This document shows, piece after piece, positions 38,481 through 50,164 of a stretch of 64,000 nucleotides of DNA (positions are counted from its first letter, which is position 1; every line of letters begins with the position of its first letter). Source of the stretch: Squalus acanthias (taxonomy: Eukaryota); NCBI GenBank assembly GCA_030390025.1, contig CM059430.1, positions 73,842,001-73,906,000 on the forward strand, read 5' to 3'. The position numbers and the translations under genes were made by a program. The notes below the pieces were generated by a model, which saw only the letters and a program-made list of their open reading frames with translations, did not search any database and was not told the DNA's origin.

Positions 38481-38585
38481 CAAACTGGATAACTGTCAAT
38501 CTGTTGCATGTGATTAGATTCTGAGTTCCGCAGCAGTTTAAGGGCGATCTGATTTAAATTTATAGAGAATGATACTGCGAATATT

Positions 38586-38918
38586 TATACTGTTGCTTGA
38601 GTAGATCCGTCAGATCTGTTTACCTTAATTGTCTCTCTGTCTCTCTGTATATATACTGTTGCTTGAGTAGATCGGTCAGATNNNNNNNNNNNNNNNNNNN
38701 NNNNNNNNNNNNNNNNNNNNNNNNNNNNNNNNNNNNNNNNNNNNNNNNNNNNNNNNNNNNNNNNNNNNNNNNNNNNNNNNNNNNNNNNNNNNNNNNNNNN
38801 NNNNNNNNNNNNNNNNNNNNNNNNNNNNNNNNNNNNNNNNNNNNNNNNNNNNNNNNNNNNNNNNNNNNNNNNNNNNNNNNNNNNNNNNNNNNNNNNNNNN
38901 NNNNNNNNNNNNNNNNNN
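38586..38918. repeat. 66-bp tandem repeat running into a 237-N assembly gap (38682-38918)
   Basis: tatactgttgcttgagtagatc(c/g)gtcagat occurs at 38586 and 38652. Confidence 0.7.
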
Positions 38919-38939
38919 CCAGTTATCTTTTATTATCTC

Positions 38940-40640
38940 TGAGCGTTTGCAACTACCTTCAGCCAGACGTGCCGAGTGGATGATCCATATCGGCCTCCCC
39001 CTGAGGTCCCCACCATCACAGAAACCAGTCATCAGCCAATTCGATTCACTCCCCGTGAGATCAAGAAACGGCTGAGTGCATTGGATACAGCAAAGGCTTG
39101 GTGCCCAGTCAACATCCCGGCTGTCGTGCTGAAGACATGTGCTCCAGAACCAGCTGCGCCTCTGGCCAAGCTGTTCCAGTACAGCTACAAAACTGGAATC
39201 TAACCGACAATGTGGAAAGCTGCCCAGGTCTGAACTGTCCACAAAAAGCATGACTAATCCAACCCGTCCAATTACCACCCCATCAGTCTGCTATCAATCA
39301 TTAGCGATGTGATGGAAGTTGTCATTGACATTGTTATCAAGCGGCACTTAATGACTGAGAACCTGCTCACTGATGCCCAGTTTGGGTTCCGCCAGGACAA
39401 TTCGGCTCAAAACATCATTACAGCCTTGATCCAAACATGGACAAAGGAGCTGAATTCCAGAGTTTAATTGAGAGTGAATGCCCTTCACTTCAAGGCAGCA
39501 TTTGACCGAGTGTGGCCTCAACGTGCCGTAGTAAAACAGAAGTCAATGGGAATCGGGGAGAAAACTGTCCACTGGCTGAGGTCGTATCGAGCAAAAAGAA
39601 AGAGGATTGTGGTGTTTGCTGGTCAATAATCACAGCCCAAGGACATCGCTGCCGAGTTCCTCAGGGCAGTGTCCTAGGCGCAAACATATTGAGCGGCTTC
39701 ATCAATGAACTTCCCTCCATCATCAGTTGGAAAATGGGGATGTTTGCTGATGACTGCACAGTGTTCAGTGCCATTCGCAACTCTTCAGATAATGAAGCAG
39801 TCCAGCCCCACATGCAACAAGACCTGGACGACATTCAGACTTGGGATGATAAGTGGCAGGTCACATTTGCGCCAAACAAGTGCAAGGCAATGACTGTCTC
39901 CAACAAGAGAGTCTAACCACCTCCCCGTGATATTCAGCTGCATTACCATAGCCGAATCCCCCACTATCATGATTCTGGGAGCTCACAATTGACCAGAAAC
40001 TTAACTGGAAAAGCTACATAAATACTGTGTCAACAAGCGCTGGTATGAGGCTATTTATTCTGCGACGAGTGTCTCTTCCCATGTCTCCCCAAATCCTTTC
40101 CACCATCTACAAGGCACAAGTAAGGAGTGTCATGGAATACTCTTCACTTGCCTGGATGACTGCAGCTCCAACAACACTCAAGAAGCTCGACACCATCCAC
40201 GATAAAGCAGTCCGCTTGATTAATACCCCAGACACCACCTCAAACTTTAACTCCCTCACCACCGGCCAACCGTGGCTGCAGTGTGTTCCATCTACAAGCT
40301 GCACTGCAACAACTCGCCAACGCTCCTTCGGCAGCATCTCCCAAACCCGGGATCTCTACCAGCTTGAAGGACAAGGGCAGCAGGAGCATGGGAATACCAC
40401 CACCTCCAAGTTCCACTCCAAGTCACACACAATCCTGATTGGAGGTATATCGCCGTTCATTCATGTCACTGTGTCAAAATCCTGGAATTCCCTCTATAAC
40501 AGCACTGTGGGAGTACCTTCACTGCACGGACTGCAGCGTTTCAAGAAGGCGGCTCACCAACACGTTCTCAAGGGCAATTAGCGATGGGCAATAAATGTTG
40601 GCCTTATTGGAGTTGCCCAGATGCCAGGAAAGAATATAAA
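38940..40640 (+). mobile_element. Family B LINE 3' portion
   Basis: VPQGSVLG, MFADDC and IYKAQVRSVMEY motifs; the 3' end lies ~45 bp from the V-exon donor. Confidence 0.88.
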
Positions 40641-40683
40641 AAAGTATATTATTACATTTAGAATTGTATGACACGCCACTTAC

Positions 40684-41004
40684 CATATACAACGAGTTCT
40701 GTGCCGCATCCATCAACAACCTTGTAATGCCGAGATATAACTCTACAGCGATAGAATCCAGAGTCGTTGAAACTCACATTATGAAGATGTAGAAAAAATG
40801 TTCCATTGTCTAGAGGACGCGATTCGGTGCGTTCGTCGAAGGTTATTGTGACATTTAAATTGGAATTGTGCTTCATCCAAAAAATACGTTCAATTTCGTT
40901 GTTCTTGAGGCCAGGCACATTTCCTAGTAAGGTAACATTTTTCCCTCTAATCACCGAAACTGAGTTAGGGAAGGGATGGACATTTGTGGGAACACTTTGG
41001 CTAG
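40684..41004 (-). CDS. Exon 2: V-set Ig domain with germline-joined J-like motif (ASQSVPTNVHPFPNSVSVIRGKNVTLLGNV...IFWMK...FFLHLHNVSFNDSGFYRCRV...DGCGTELVVY)
   Basis: Acceptor ttccaacag|, donor G|gtaagt, 321 nt, phase 1-1. Shows C-strand Trp, E-strand LxLxNV, DSGxYxC and G-strand GxGTxLVV. Lies within ORF 40658..41290. Confidence 0.88.
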
Positions 41005-41186
41005 CTGTTGGAAATAGATATTGCAGCACAATATTTACTTTGAACACAATAGGTAGAGAATTGTTTAATAACAGAACAAACCACAATACGGCAATATAAA
41101 TGTGACAATTAATGAACAATATTTGTATTTTTGTCGACAACTCTCTACTGCAGAACCGGAACTTTTTAATAAAATCGGTCAAATAC

Positions 41187-41253
41187 CTGTGCAGATAATC
41201 CCCATTGTGGCACAATACATAAATACGATATTCCGAACCAGAGCGAAACCCAT
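41187..41253 (-). CDS. Exon 1 (signal peptide) of a V(J)-C1-TM-ITIM Ig-superfamily receptor: MGFALVRNIVFMYCATMGIICT
   Basis: ATG at 41253, then 22 mostly hydrophobic codons plus 1 nt, then donor ACAG|gtattt (phase 1). A 182-nt intron leads to the V exon in frame (G+CT=Ala). Confidence 0.75.
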
Positions 41254-41426
41254 AACTGAGTTGAGGTTTGCAGATACTCCGATCAGACAACTGTTACACT
41301 GACGTGTATGGTGTAACATATCTAAACGGTGTTCCAGCCCGCTGAGGATCTGCGCTGTGCAGGGTGTCTGCTCCGCCCTCAACATGCCGTGTTTCGGTTC
41401 GCTGTTCCACTCCTGCAACTCTAACT

Positions 41427-41447
41427 CAGGAAATGTACACACCACAG
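41427..41447 (-). promoter_or_regulatory. Candidate ETS (CAGGAAAT) plus RUNX (ACCACA) composite site in the proximal promoter of the Ig receptor gene
   Basis: Sequence caggaaatgtacacaccacag lies about 175-195 nt upstream of the leader ATG in non-repeat DNA. Motif match only. Confidence 0.3.
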
Positions 41448-42136
41448 ACAGAAAAAAATAGCTTTAAAATCCGCCTCTGTTAGTGACTTTCAATATCCTA
41501 AGAACAACAACTCGGCTCCTCTCAGTTAAAAATGCAGCAATATAAAAGAATATCCCCGAATGTAAGGTAATAAAGCGATTGAGAACAGGCAGCTGTGAAC
41601 TGCTCGCGGAAGGTAAAGGACATTGTAATGGAACAAAATACGAATATACAGTGCTAGTTGTAAAATTTTCAGGATTTATTTCCAAGGCAAAGTGCGGGTG
41701 GGAGTGAGACAAAGAGGGACAAGGGAGAGGGAGAGGGAGGGCGAAGGGGAGTGGGGAAGGCAGGTCACAACGTGCGAGAGAAGAAGAGCGGGATGAGATA
41801 TCCAGAGGGCAAGTGGACACAGTAGTTTTCAGATAAATAACAATTTCAATTTCATCTACTTGTGTTCTTCTGGAAAATTTGTGTACACGGTTGCGTGATA
41901 AGGCTACACATTGACAATTTAGGTGTCGCGTTAAACCAGGTCAATGTTAGTCTAAAATACACCATGAGCAGACAGTTAACTGCTGATGTACCATTTCACA
42001 ACGTAGAAGTGTTTTAATTTGCACATGATTTAATCTGAGACTAAAGACTTCAAATGTTTGACCTGCTGGTATACAGCAAAGCGTCAGTCAATTTGAGCAC
42101 CTCTTTCCATGCGGCCTTTACAAGACTTCTTAGATC

Positions 42137-44255
42137 ATAAGAACATAAAACATAAGACAAAAGGAGCAGGAGTAGGCCAATCGGCCCCTCGAGCCTGCTC
42201 CGCCATTCAATAAGATCATGGCTGATCTGATTCTAAACTCAAATCTAAAGAACACAAGAAGTAGGAGCAGCACCCGGCCACTCAGCCCCTGGGCCCGCTC
42301 CGCCACCCACAGGGCCTCGACCGATCCGAACTGAGCCTCATGTCCAATTTCCTGCCGGCTCACTGTAACCCCTAATTCCCATTACCTCTCGGAAACTATC
42401 TATTTCTGTTTAAAATTTATTTAATGATGTAGCTTCCACAGCTTCCTGGGGCAGCAAGTTCCACAGACCTACTACCCTCTGAGTGAAGAAGTTTCTCCTC
42501 ATCTCAGTTTTGAAAGAGCAGCTCCTTATTCTAAGATTATGCCCCCTACTTCTAGTTTCACCCATCCTTGGGAACATCCTTACCGCATCCACCCGATCAA
42601 GACCCTTCACAATCTTATATGTTTCAATAAGATCGCCTCTCATTCTTCTGAACTCCAATGAGTAGAGTTCCAATCTACTCAACCTCGCCTCATATGTCCA
42701 CCCCCTCATCCCGGGGATTAACCGAGTGAACCTTCTTTGTACTGCCTCGAGAGGAAGTATGTATTTTCTTAAGTATGGACACCAAAACTGTATGCAGTAT
42801 TCCAGGTGCGGTCTCACCAATACCTTATATAGCTGCAGCAATACCTCCCTGTTTTTACAATGTATCCCCCTAGCAATAAAAGCCAACATTCCGTTGGCCT
42901 TCTTGATCACCTGCTGCACCTGCATACTAAATTATTGATTTTCTTGCACTACTTCACGCAGATCCCTTTGTACTGCAGTACTTTCCAGTTTCTCGCCATT
43001 AAGATAATAAATAGCTCTTTGATTTTTCTTGCCAAAGTGCATAACCTCACCTTTTCCAAAATTGTATTGCATCTGCCAAATCTCCGCCCACTCACCCAGC
43101 CTGTCTATATCCCCTTGTAGGTTGTTTATGTCCTCCTCACTTTCTACTTTCCCTCTCATCTTTGTATAATCTGCAAACTTTGATATGTTACACTCGGTCC
43201 CCTCCTCCAAATCGTTAATACAGATTGTAAAGAGTTGGGGACCAAGCACCGACCCTTGCGGAACACGACTGGCTACTGGTTGCCAGTCCGAGAATGAACC
43301 ATTTATCCCAACTCTCTGCTTCCTGTTAGATAACCAATCCTCCAGCCATGCCAGAATATTAGCCCCAGTCAGTGATTTTTGATCTTGAGCAATAATCTTT
43401 TATGTGGCACCTTGTCGAATGCCTTCTGGAAGTCTTAATACACAACGTACACTGATTCCCCTTTATCCACCCTGTACGTTATCTCCTCAAAGAACTCAAG
43501 CAAATTTGTCAGACATGACTTCCCCTTCATAAAGCCATGCTGACTTTGTCCTATCAAATTATGTTTATCTAAATGTTCCGTTACTGTCTCCTTAATAATA
43601 GACTCCAAAATTTTACCCACCACAGATGTTAGGCTAATTGGTCTATTATTTCCAGCCTTCTGCCTACTACCCTTTTTAAATAAAAGTTTTACTTTAGCAG
43701 TTTTCCAATCTGCCAGGTCCTTTGCTGAGTCCAGGGAATTTTGGAAAATTATTACCAAAGCATCCACAATCCCTACTGCCACTTCCCTCAAGACCCTAGG
43801 ATGTAAGCCAACAGGTCCAGGGGATTTATTCACCTTGAGTCGCATTATTTTACTGAGTACCAATGCCTTAGTGATTTTAATCGTATTTACCTCCTCCCCC
43901 GCACCAGCCCCCTGTTTGTCCAGGGTTGGGATAGTCTTAGTGTCCTCTGCCGTAAAGACTGAAAAAAAATATTTGTTCAGCATTTTTGGCATCTCCATTT
44001 TTCCCACCATTAATTTCCCGGTCTCATCCTCTAAGGGACCTACGTTTGCCTTAGCCAACCTTTTTCTTTTTATATAACTATAGAAACCCTTGCTATCTGT
44101 TTTTAAATGTTTTGCTAATTTATTTTCATAATCTATCTTCCCTTTCTTAATAAATCCCTTAGTTATATTTTGCTGTCTTTTGAAGAGTTCCCTATCTTCT
44201 ATCCTCCCACTAAGTTTGGCTACCTTATATTTCCTTGTTTTTAGTCGGATCATCA
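42137..44255 (-). mobile_element. CR1 LINE, same subfamily as 1-2190, with double 3' terminus
   Basis: ORFs 43435..44256 and 42410..42925 are nearly identical in protein to the ORFs in 146-1910. Confidence 0.92.
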
Positions 44256-44899
44256 CTATTCATTTTTGAAATAGATATATATGTGACACAGAGTTTATTG
44301 TTGGGGTATTCAACATCAGATATCTTCCCAGTGCATTAATCAAACTGGTTAGAAGGGGAAATTCTCTTTTTTCCCTCACAATTCACCGGAAACACATTTG
44401 ATAACAAGAAGATGGTCAGTCAGTAAAATTACTGTAGATTTTAAGGGAACACATTCACAAAACGCTCTGAATTCTTGCCAGATATGTAGACACGCATAAT
44501 GAGAATAATATTGCAGACTGCTAATAGAATTTCAGCTGTTCTTTCCCGTTATTTTTTGCTTTCCATTTTCTGAGCTCCTTATCAGTTCTGCAAATGAGCT
44601 TTCATTCCACGGATACTAGAAACGTCTTGCTGCCTTGAGAATTGTTTCTAATTTTAGACGGGAAGGACAGTTCTTCTTGGTAATCAATCCAAACGGGTCT
44701 GGGTATGGAATGAACAGCCAAGCCAAATTATGTATTCAAGAGGAGATTTCCGCGGAGGATCCCGCTCTTGCGTCTATCTTCGAGATAAAAAGTCCACATT
44801 TCCCCATCAGCCATTCTCTAGGATTTTTGTTCATCTTCTGCCGAACTGTTGCAGCTTTACAAATCGGTAAAAGATAGTGGACAGGTGCATAAGTAATCA

Positions 44900-45600
44900 A
44901 TATAGTATCTGAATGCTGACTTTCCCGATTTCACTCCTGAATGGCCTAGCTGTAATTTTATGATTTTTGTCCACTTGTTCTGGATTCCTGTACCAGAACA
45001 AGTAGTTTATCTCTATCTACCCTATCGAATCGCTTCATAATTTCATACAACTCAATTAGATCAGCCTTCAAACATCTGATCTCAAAGGAATACAAGCCAA
45101 TTTTATGCAACCTGCCCTCGTAATTTAGCACATAAAGCTATTATTTTGAAACTACGCTGTGCACCCTCCAAGTTTAATAATTCCTTCCTGAGGTGCATTT
45201 CCAAAATTTGAATCCAGTACTCCAACTGCGATCTGACCAAGGTTCTGTACAATTGCAGCATAACATCCTACACTTTGCATGCCACCCCCTTGAGACAAAA
45301 ACGAACAAACCATTAGCGTTTTTGAGTACACTTTGTACGTGTCCATTAGCATTTAGTGATTTGTGTACATGGACACCTAAATCGATTTGCTCCTCCACAG
45401 GTCCAAGTCTCTCGCAATTACTAAAATATTCCGATTCATCCTTCCTGGATTCATATTGAAATACTGCACTGGTCTCCGCATTTGAAGTCCATCCGACATA
45501 GTTCTGCCCACTCACTTTATCTGTTTAAGTCCTATTGTTACTTCATACTACCATCTATACAATGTATTGTGCCTACCAACTTAACATCACCTGAAACTTT
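44900..45600 (-). mobile_element. Old CR1 3' fragment
   Basis: DLGVHVHKSL and KNANG remnants. Confidence 0.65.
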
Positions 45601-45749
45601 GAGTGTACAAACACATCAGCAAAAGAATACTGCCAACTGCAGCTTAATTTCTCTTAGAAAGCGTCCCAAGGCTCTCAAAAAGCTGATCAAAAATGGATGG
45701 CCAGAATAGTAAATGCACCACAGAGCCCAAAGGAGATAAGGAGCAAATC

Positions 45750-45950
45750 TTAAAATGCTTGAGAAACTCAGCAGGTTATGTTCCATCTGTGGTTTCAACA
45801 GACCAGCCAACGATTCAGATGTGGACGCTTCGTCCACTAATGACAACAAGTACACACTTGACCCATTGACTACGCTGTTCTCTCCAAAGATACTGCCTAA
45901 GCCGATGCGTGTTTACGACATTTTCTGTTTTTGTTTAAGTTTTCCAGAGT
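45750..45950. mobile_element. Degenerate inverted pair of Penelope terminal-repeat fragments
   Basis: ctctccaaagatactgcct...ttttctgtttttgtt resembles 37100-37190; an opposite-orientation fragment lies at ~45750-45795. Confidence 0.4.
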
Positions 45951-47418
45951 CTGTGGTATTTTTACTCTATTGGGATGGGATCGAAGACCGCTTTCCAAAA
46001 TCGGGAAGCGGTTTGATGGGAATGTGCAGCTTCGGAAAAGCAGTAAAATATACCGCAAAAAAGCTCAAAATTGACCTAAAGAGAATTAAGTGAGACATTA
46101 CTCAGGAAGCTTAAATTTGAACTGCACAGAAGATCTACATCCACTAACATACAGTGATGAAATTTTCTGCAAAGATAAAGTGGATCGAGACTGTGGATGA
46201 ATCTATAACGTCTGGTTATAACATTGACGACTCTGCAGGACCAGAGCTCATATATGGGAGTGATATGCGAATGTGACTTAATGTGGAATAAGATGCAAAT
46301 GGCTAACCCTTTGGCGATTTTAAGCTTAAGAAAGTTGGAGCTCAGGGCATTCGGAAGCATTCAAGAAGTCGAGAGTGGAATGGACATATACGCGGATAAG
46401 TGTTTCTGTGCTGGTTTACTTGCAGGTTTTTAACGCTGTGCCTACGAACATCGGCATTCCCTGTAATTGTAATGAATAAGAAGTGCAGCTCATGCATCAG
46501 CGAGAATGCTCACTCCTGAATTCAGTTCGCATGTGTAGCCAGGTAATAGGATGGAATTGGATGTCAGGCTTCGCCTTTGGTTCGGAGACCATTTTGTCGA
46601 GGCCAAAGTACTCACAATCCCCGTATTGTCATCTGCCAAATACACATCACATGGACTTATATTATGCGAAATTCCTCTAAAGAGTCTTAAACGTTCTTGA
46701 ACTTCTCAACGCATTCATCAAATTCAAATAAATATTTTTGTTTTGCACATATATTTTTCATGCTCAACATCTGCAAAATTAACATTGTCAAAACCGCAAT
46801 GGAAAGAGTTGCGGTTTTTGACCTAAGATCACTTCGAGATTATTGTATTTTTACTCTCGCGAGGTTCAGTAGGCTGTGTTGGAAGACGGGTTTTTTGTTC
46901 ACACATCCTTTGTGGTTGATATGCTTTGTTTGAAGCGTCAAACAGTCATATCTTGCTGAATGTTGCATTTTCTGTGTAAATGCTGAACTAAAGGTTGCTA
47001 ATGTTAATTAAACATATAATAGAATTTCAGAGCTCTGCCACAATATTAAGCAAGTATCCGTGGAAACCCTGGAGATAGGTCTGCAAAGAGATTAAAGGAA
47101 GTTGACTTGAACAGAGTTTTTTATTTGGGAATTTGGTAAGAGCGGGAAGTCGGAGAAGAGGGGGAAGGAGTTGTTGCATTTTACCTACACTACTTGTAGT
47201 GCTTTGTGTTGCAGATAGATATTTAATTTCAGTACACTTAACATATTCTAGATCAAATAAGTAATTAAGAAATTACACTGCAAACTAGGTTAATTAAATA
47301 CAAATCCAATTACATTTAATTAAATAAAATCATTTCATATAGGGATGGCAGTTCAGGTGGTGTGCCGCAGCTGCAACATGTGGGTGTTTGTGGAGAGCAT
47401 TGTGATCCCGGACAACCA

Positions 47419-50164
47419 AACATACATAAGAACATAAGAAGTAGGAGCAGGAGTAGGCCATACAATCCTTCGGGCCTGCTCCGCCACTCAATAGGATCAT
47501 GGCTGATCCGAACCTAGACTCACGTCCACTTCCCTGCCCGCTCCCCATAACCCTTAATTCCCTTTTCAGCTTGGAAACTGTCTATCTCCGTTTTTAATTT
47601 ATTTAATGTAGCAGCTTCCACAGCTCTCTGAGGTAGCAAATTCCATAGATTTACTACCCTCTGAGTGAAGAAGCTTCTCCTTAACTCAATTTTGATAAGG
47701 CAGCCGCTTATTCTAAGATTTTGTCCCCTAGTTCCAGTCTCACCCATCAGTGGAAACATCCTCGCCGCATCCTCCCGATCAAGCCCTCTCACAATCTTAT
47801 ATGTTTCGGTAAGATCACCTCTCATTCTTCTGTATTCCAATGAGTAGAGGGCCAACCTACTCAACCTTTCCTCATAAGTCAACCCCCTCATCTCCGGAAT
47901 CAAACGAGTGAACCTTCTCTGAACCGCCTCGAGAGCAAGTATATCTTTTTTTAAATATGGAAACAAAAACTGCACGCAGTAGTCCAGGTGTGGCCTCACC
48001 AGTACCCTATATAGCTGAAGCAAGACTTCCCTGCTTTTATACTCCATCCCCCTTGCAATAAAAGCCAAGATTCCATTGGCCTTCCTGATCAACTGCTGTA
48101 CATGCAAACTAACCTTCTGTGTTCCATACACCAGGACCCCCAGATCCCTTTCTACTGGAGCACTTTGCAGTTTCTTGCCATTTAGATAACAACTTGCTCT
48201 TTGATTTTTTCTGCCAAAGTGCATAACCTCACACTTTCCAACATTATATTCCATCTGCCAAATTTCTGCCCACTCAATTAGCCTGTCTATGTCCATTTGC
48301 AGGTTTTTTATGTCCTCCTCACTCACTGCTTTCCCTCCCATCTTTGTGTCGTCTGCAAACTTGGATACGTTTCACTTGGTCCCCTACTCCAAATCGTTAA
48401 TATAGATTGTAATGAGTTCGGGTCCCAGCACTGACTCCTGCGGAACACCACTAGTTGCTGATTGCCAACCCGAGAATCAACAATTTATCCCAACTCTCTG
48501 TTTCATTCTAGATAAAATTGATTGGTCGCACAACACCAGGTTATAGTCCAACAGTTTTATTTGAAATCACAAGCTTTCGGAGCTATCGATTGCTCCTTCA
48601 AGCTTGTGATTTCAAATAAAACTGTTGGACTATAACCTGGTGTTGTGCGACCTCTCAATTTTGTCCACCCCAGTCCAACACCGGCATCTCCGCATCATTC
48701 TAGATAGCCAATCTTCCACCCATGCCAGTATATTACCCCTAATCCCGTGATTTTATTTATCTTGTACAGTAATCTTTTGTGTGGTACCTTGTCAAATGCC
48801 TTTTGGAAGTCCGAATACACCACATCCACTGATTCCCCTTTATCCACCTTGTTTGTTACATCCTCAAAGAATTCGAGCAAATTTGTCAATCATGATTTCC
48901 CCTTCATAAAACCATGCTGACTCTGTCCGATTAATTTATGCTTATCCAAATGTCCTGTTACTGCTTCCTTAATAATGGACTCCAACAGTTTACCAAACAC
49001 AGATGTTAGGCTAACTGGTCTATAGTTTCCAGCCTTTTGTCTACTTCCCTTTTTAAATAAGGGTGTTACATTCGCAGTTTTCCATTTGGCTGGAACCTTT
49101 CCTGAATCCAGCGAGTTTTGGAAAATTACCACCGATGCATCCGCAATCCCTACGGCAACTTCTCTCAAGACCCTCGGATCTCAGCCATCAGGTCCAGGGG
49201 ATTTATTCGCCTTCAGTCCCATTATCTTACCGAGTACCATCTCCTCAGTGATTGTAATCGTGTTTAGCTCCTACCCCCCTATAGCCACTTGTTTGTCCAG
49301 TGTTTGGATATTTTTAGTGTCCTCTACTGTAAACAGTGATGCAGAATATTTGTTCAGCGCATTTGCCATCTCCATGTTCCCCACTACTAATTTTCCGGTC
49401 TCATCCTCTAAGGCACCTAAATTCAATTTAGCCACCCTTTTTCTTTGTAAATAACTGTAGAATCTCTTGCTATCTGTTTTTATATTTTTTGATAGTTTAC
49501 TTTCATAATCTATCTTACCTTTCTTAATTAATCTTTTAGTTATTCTTTGCTGGTTTTTAAATGCTTCCCAATCTTCTAGCCTCCCACTAGATTTGGCTAC
49601 TTTAAGTGCCATGTTTTTTGTTGGATACTATCCTTTATTACTTTACTTAGCCACGGATGGCTGAATTTTCTTTTATGACCCTTTTTCCTCAGTGGAATAT
49701 ATTTTTCTTGAAAGTTGTGAAATACCTCCTTGAATGTACACCACTGCTCCTGTACCATCTTACAACTTAATTTATTTTCCCAGTCCACTTTAATCAACTC
49801 TGTTCTCATACCTTCACAATCTCCTTTATTTAGGCTTAGTACGCTGGTTTGAGATCCAACTCTCTCACCTTCCATCTGAATTTGGAATTCAACAATGTTA
49901 TGGTCACTCATTCCAAGGGGATCCTTCACTAGGACATTTTTTATTAATCCTGTCCCATTACACAGGGCCAGATCTAAGATTGCCTGCCCCCTTGTTGGTT
50001 CAGTAACACAAGGCTCAAGGAACCCGTCCCTAATGCATTCTATGAACTCTTCCTCAAGGATGACATGCCCTATTTAATTTTTCCAGTCAATTTGAAAGTT
50101 AAAATCTCCCATGATTATAGCTGATCCCTTATTACAAGCCCCAAATATTTCCTGATTAATACTC
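47419..50164 (-). mobile_element. Nested CR1 LINE with 6-bp TSD caacca
   Basis: RT ORF 47520..48341; TSD at 47413-47418 and 50165-50170. Confidence 0.88.
48515..48694. mobile_element. Penelope-type inverted terminal-repeat insertion with perfect 12-bp TSD
   Basis: TSD tcattctagata at 48503-48514 and 48695-48706; inverted arms of ~60 bp. Confidence 0.78.

Noticed and set aside
38597-39278. ORFs containing X runs
   Set aside because: Artefacts of the N gap.
40600-41100. Rearranging Ig/TCR V segment with RSS
   Set aside because: V and J-like strands are contiguous in one exon ending in a splice donor, and no heptamer-spacer-nonamer is adjacent.
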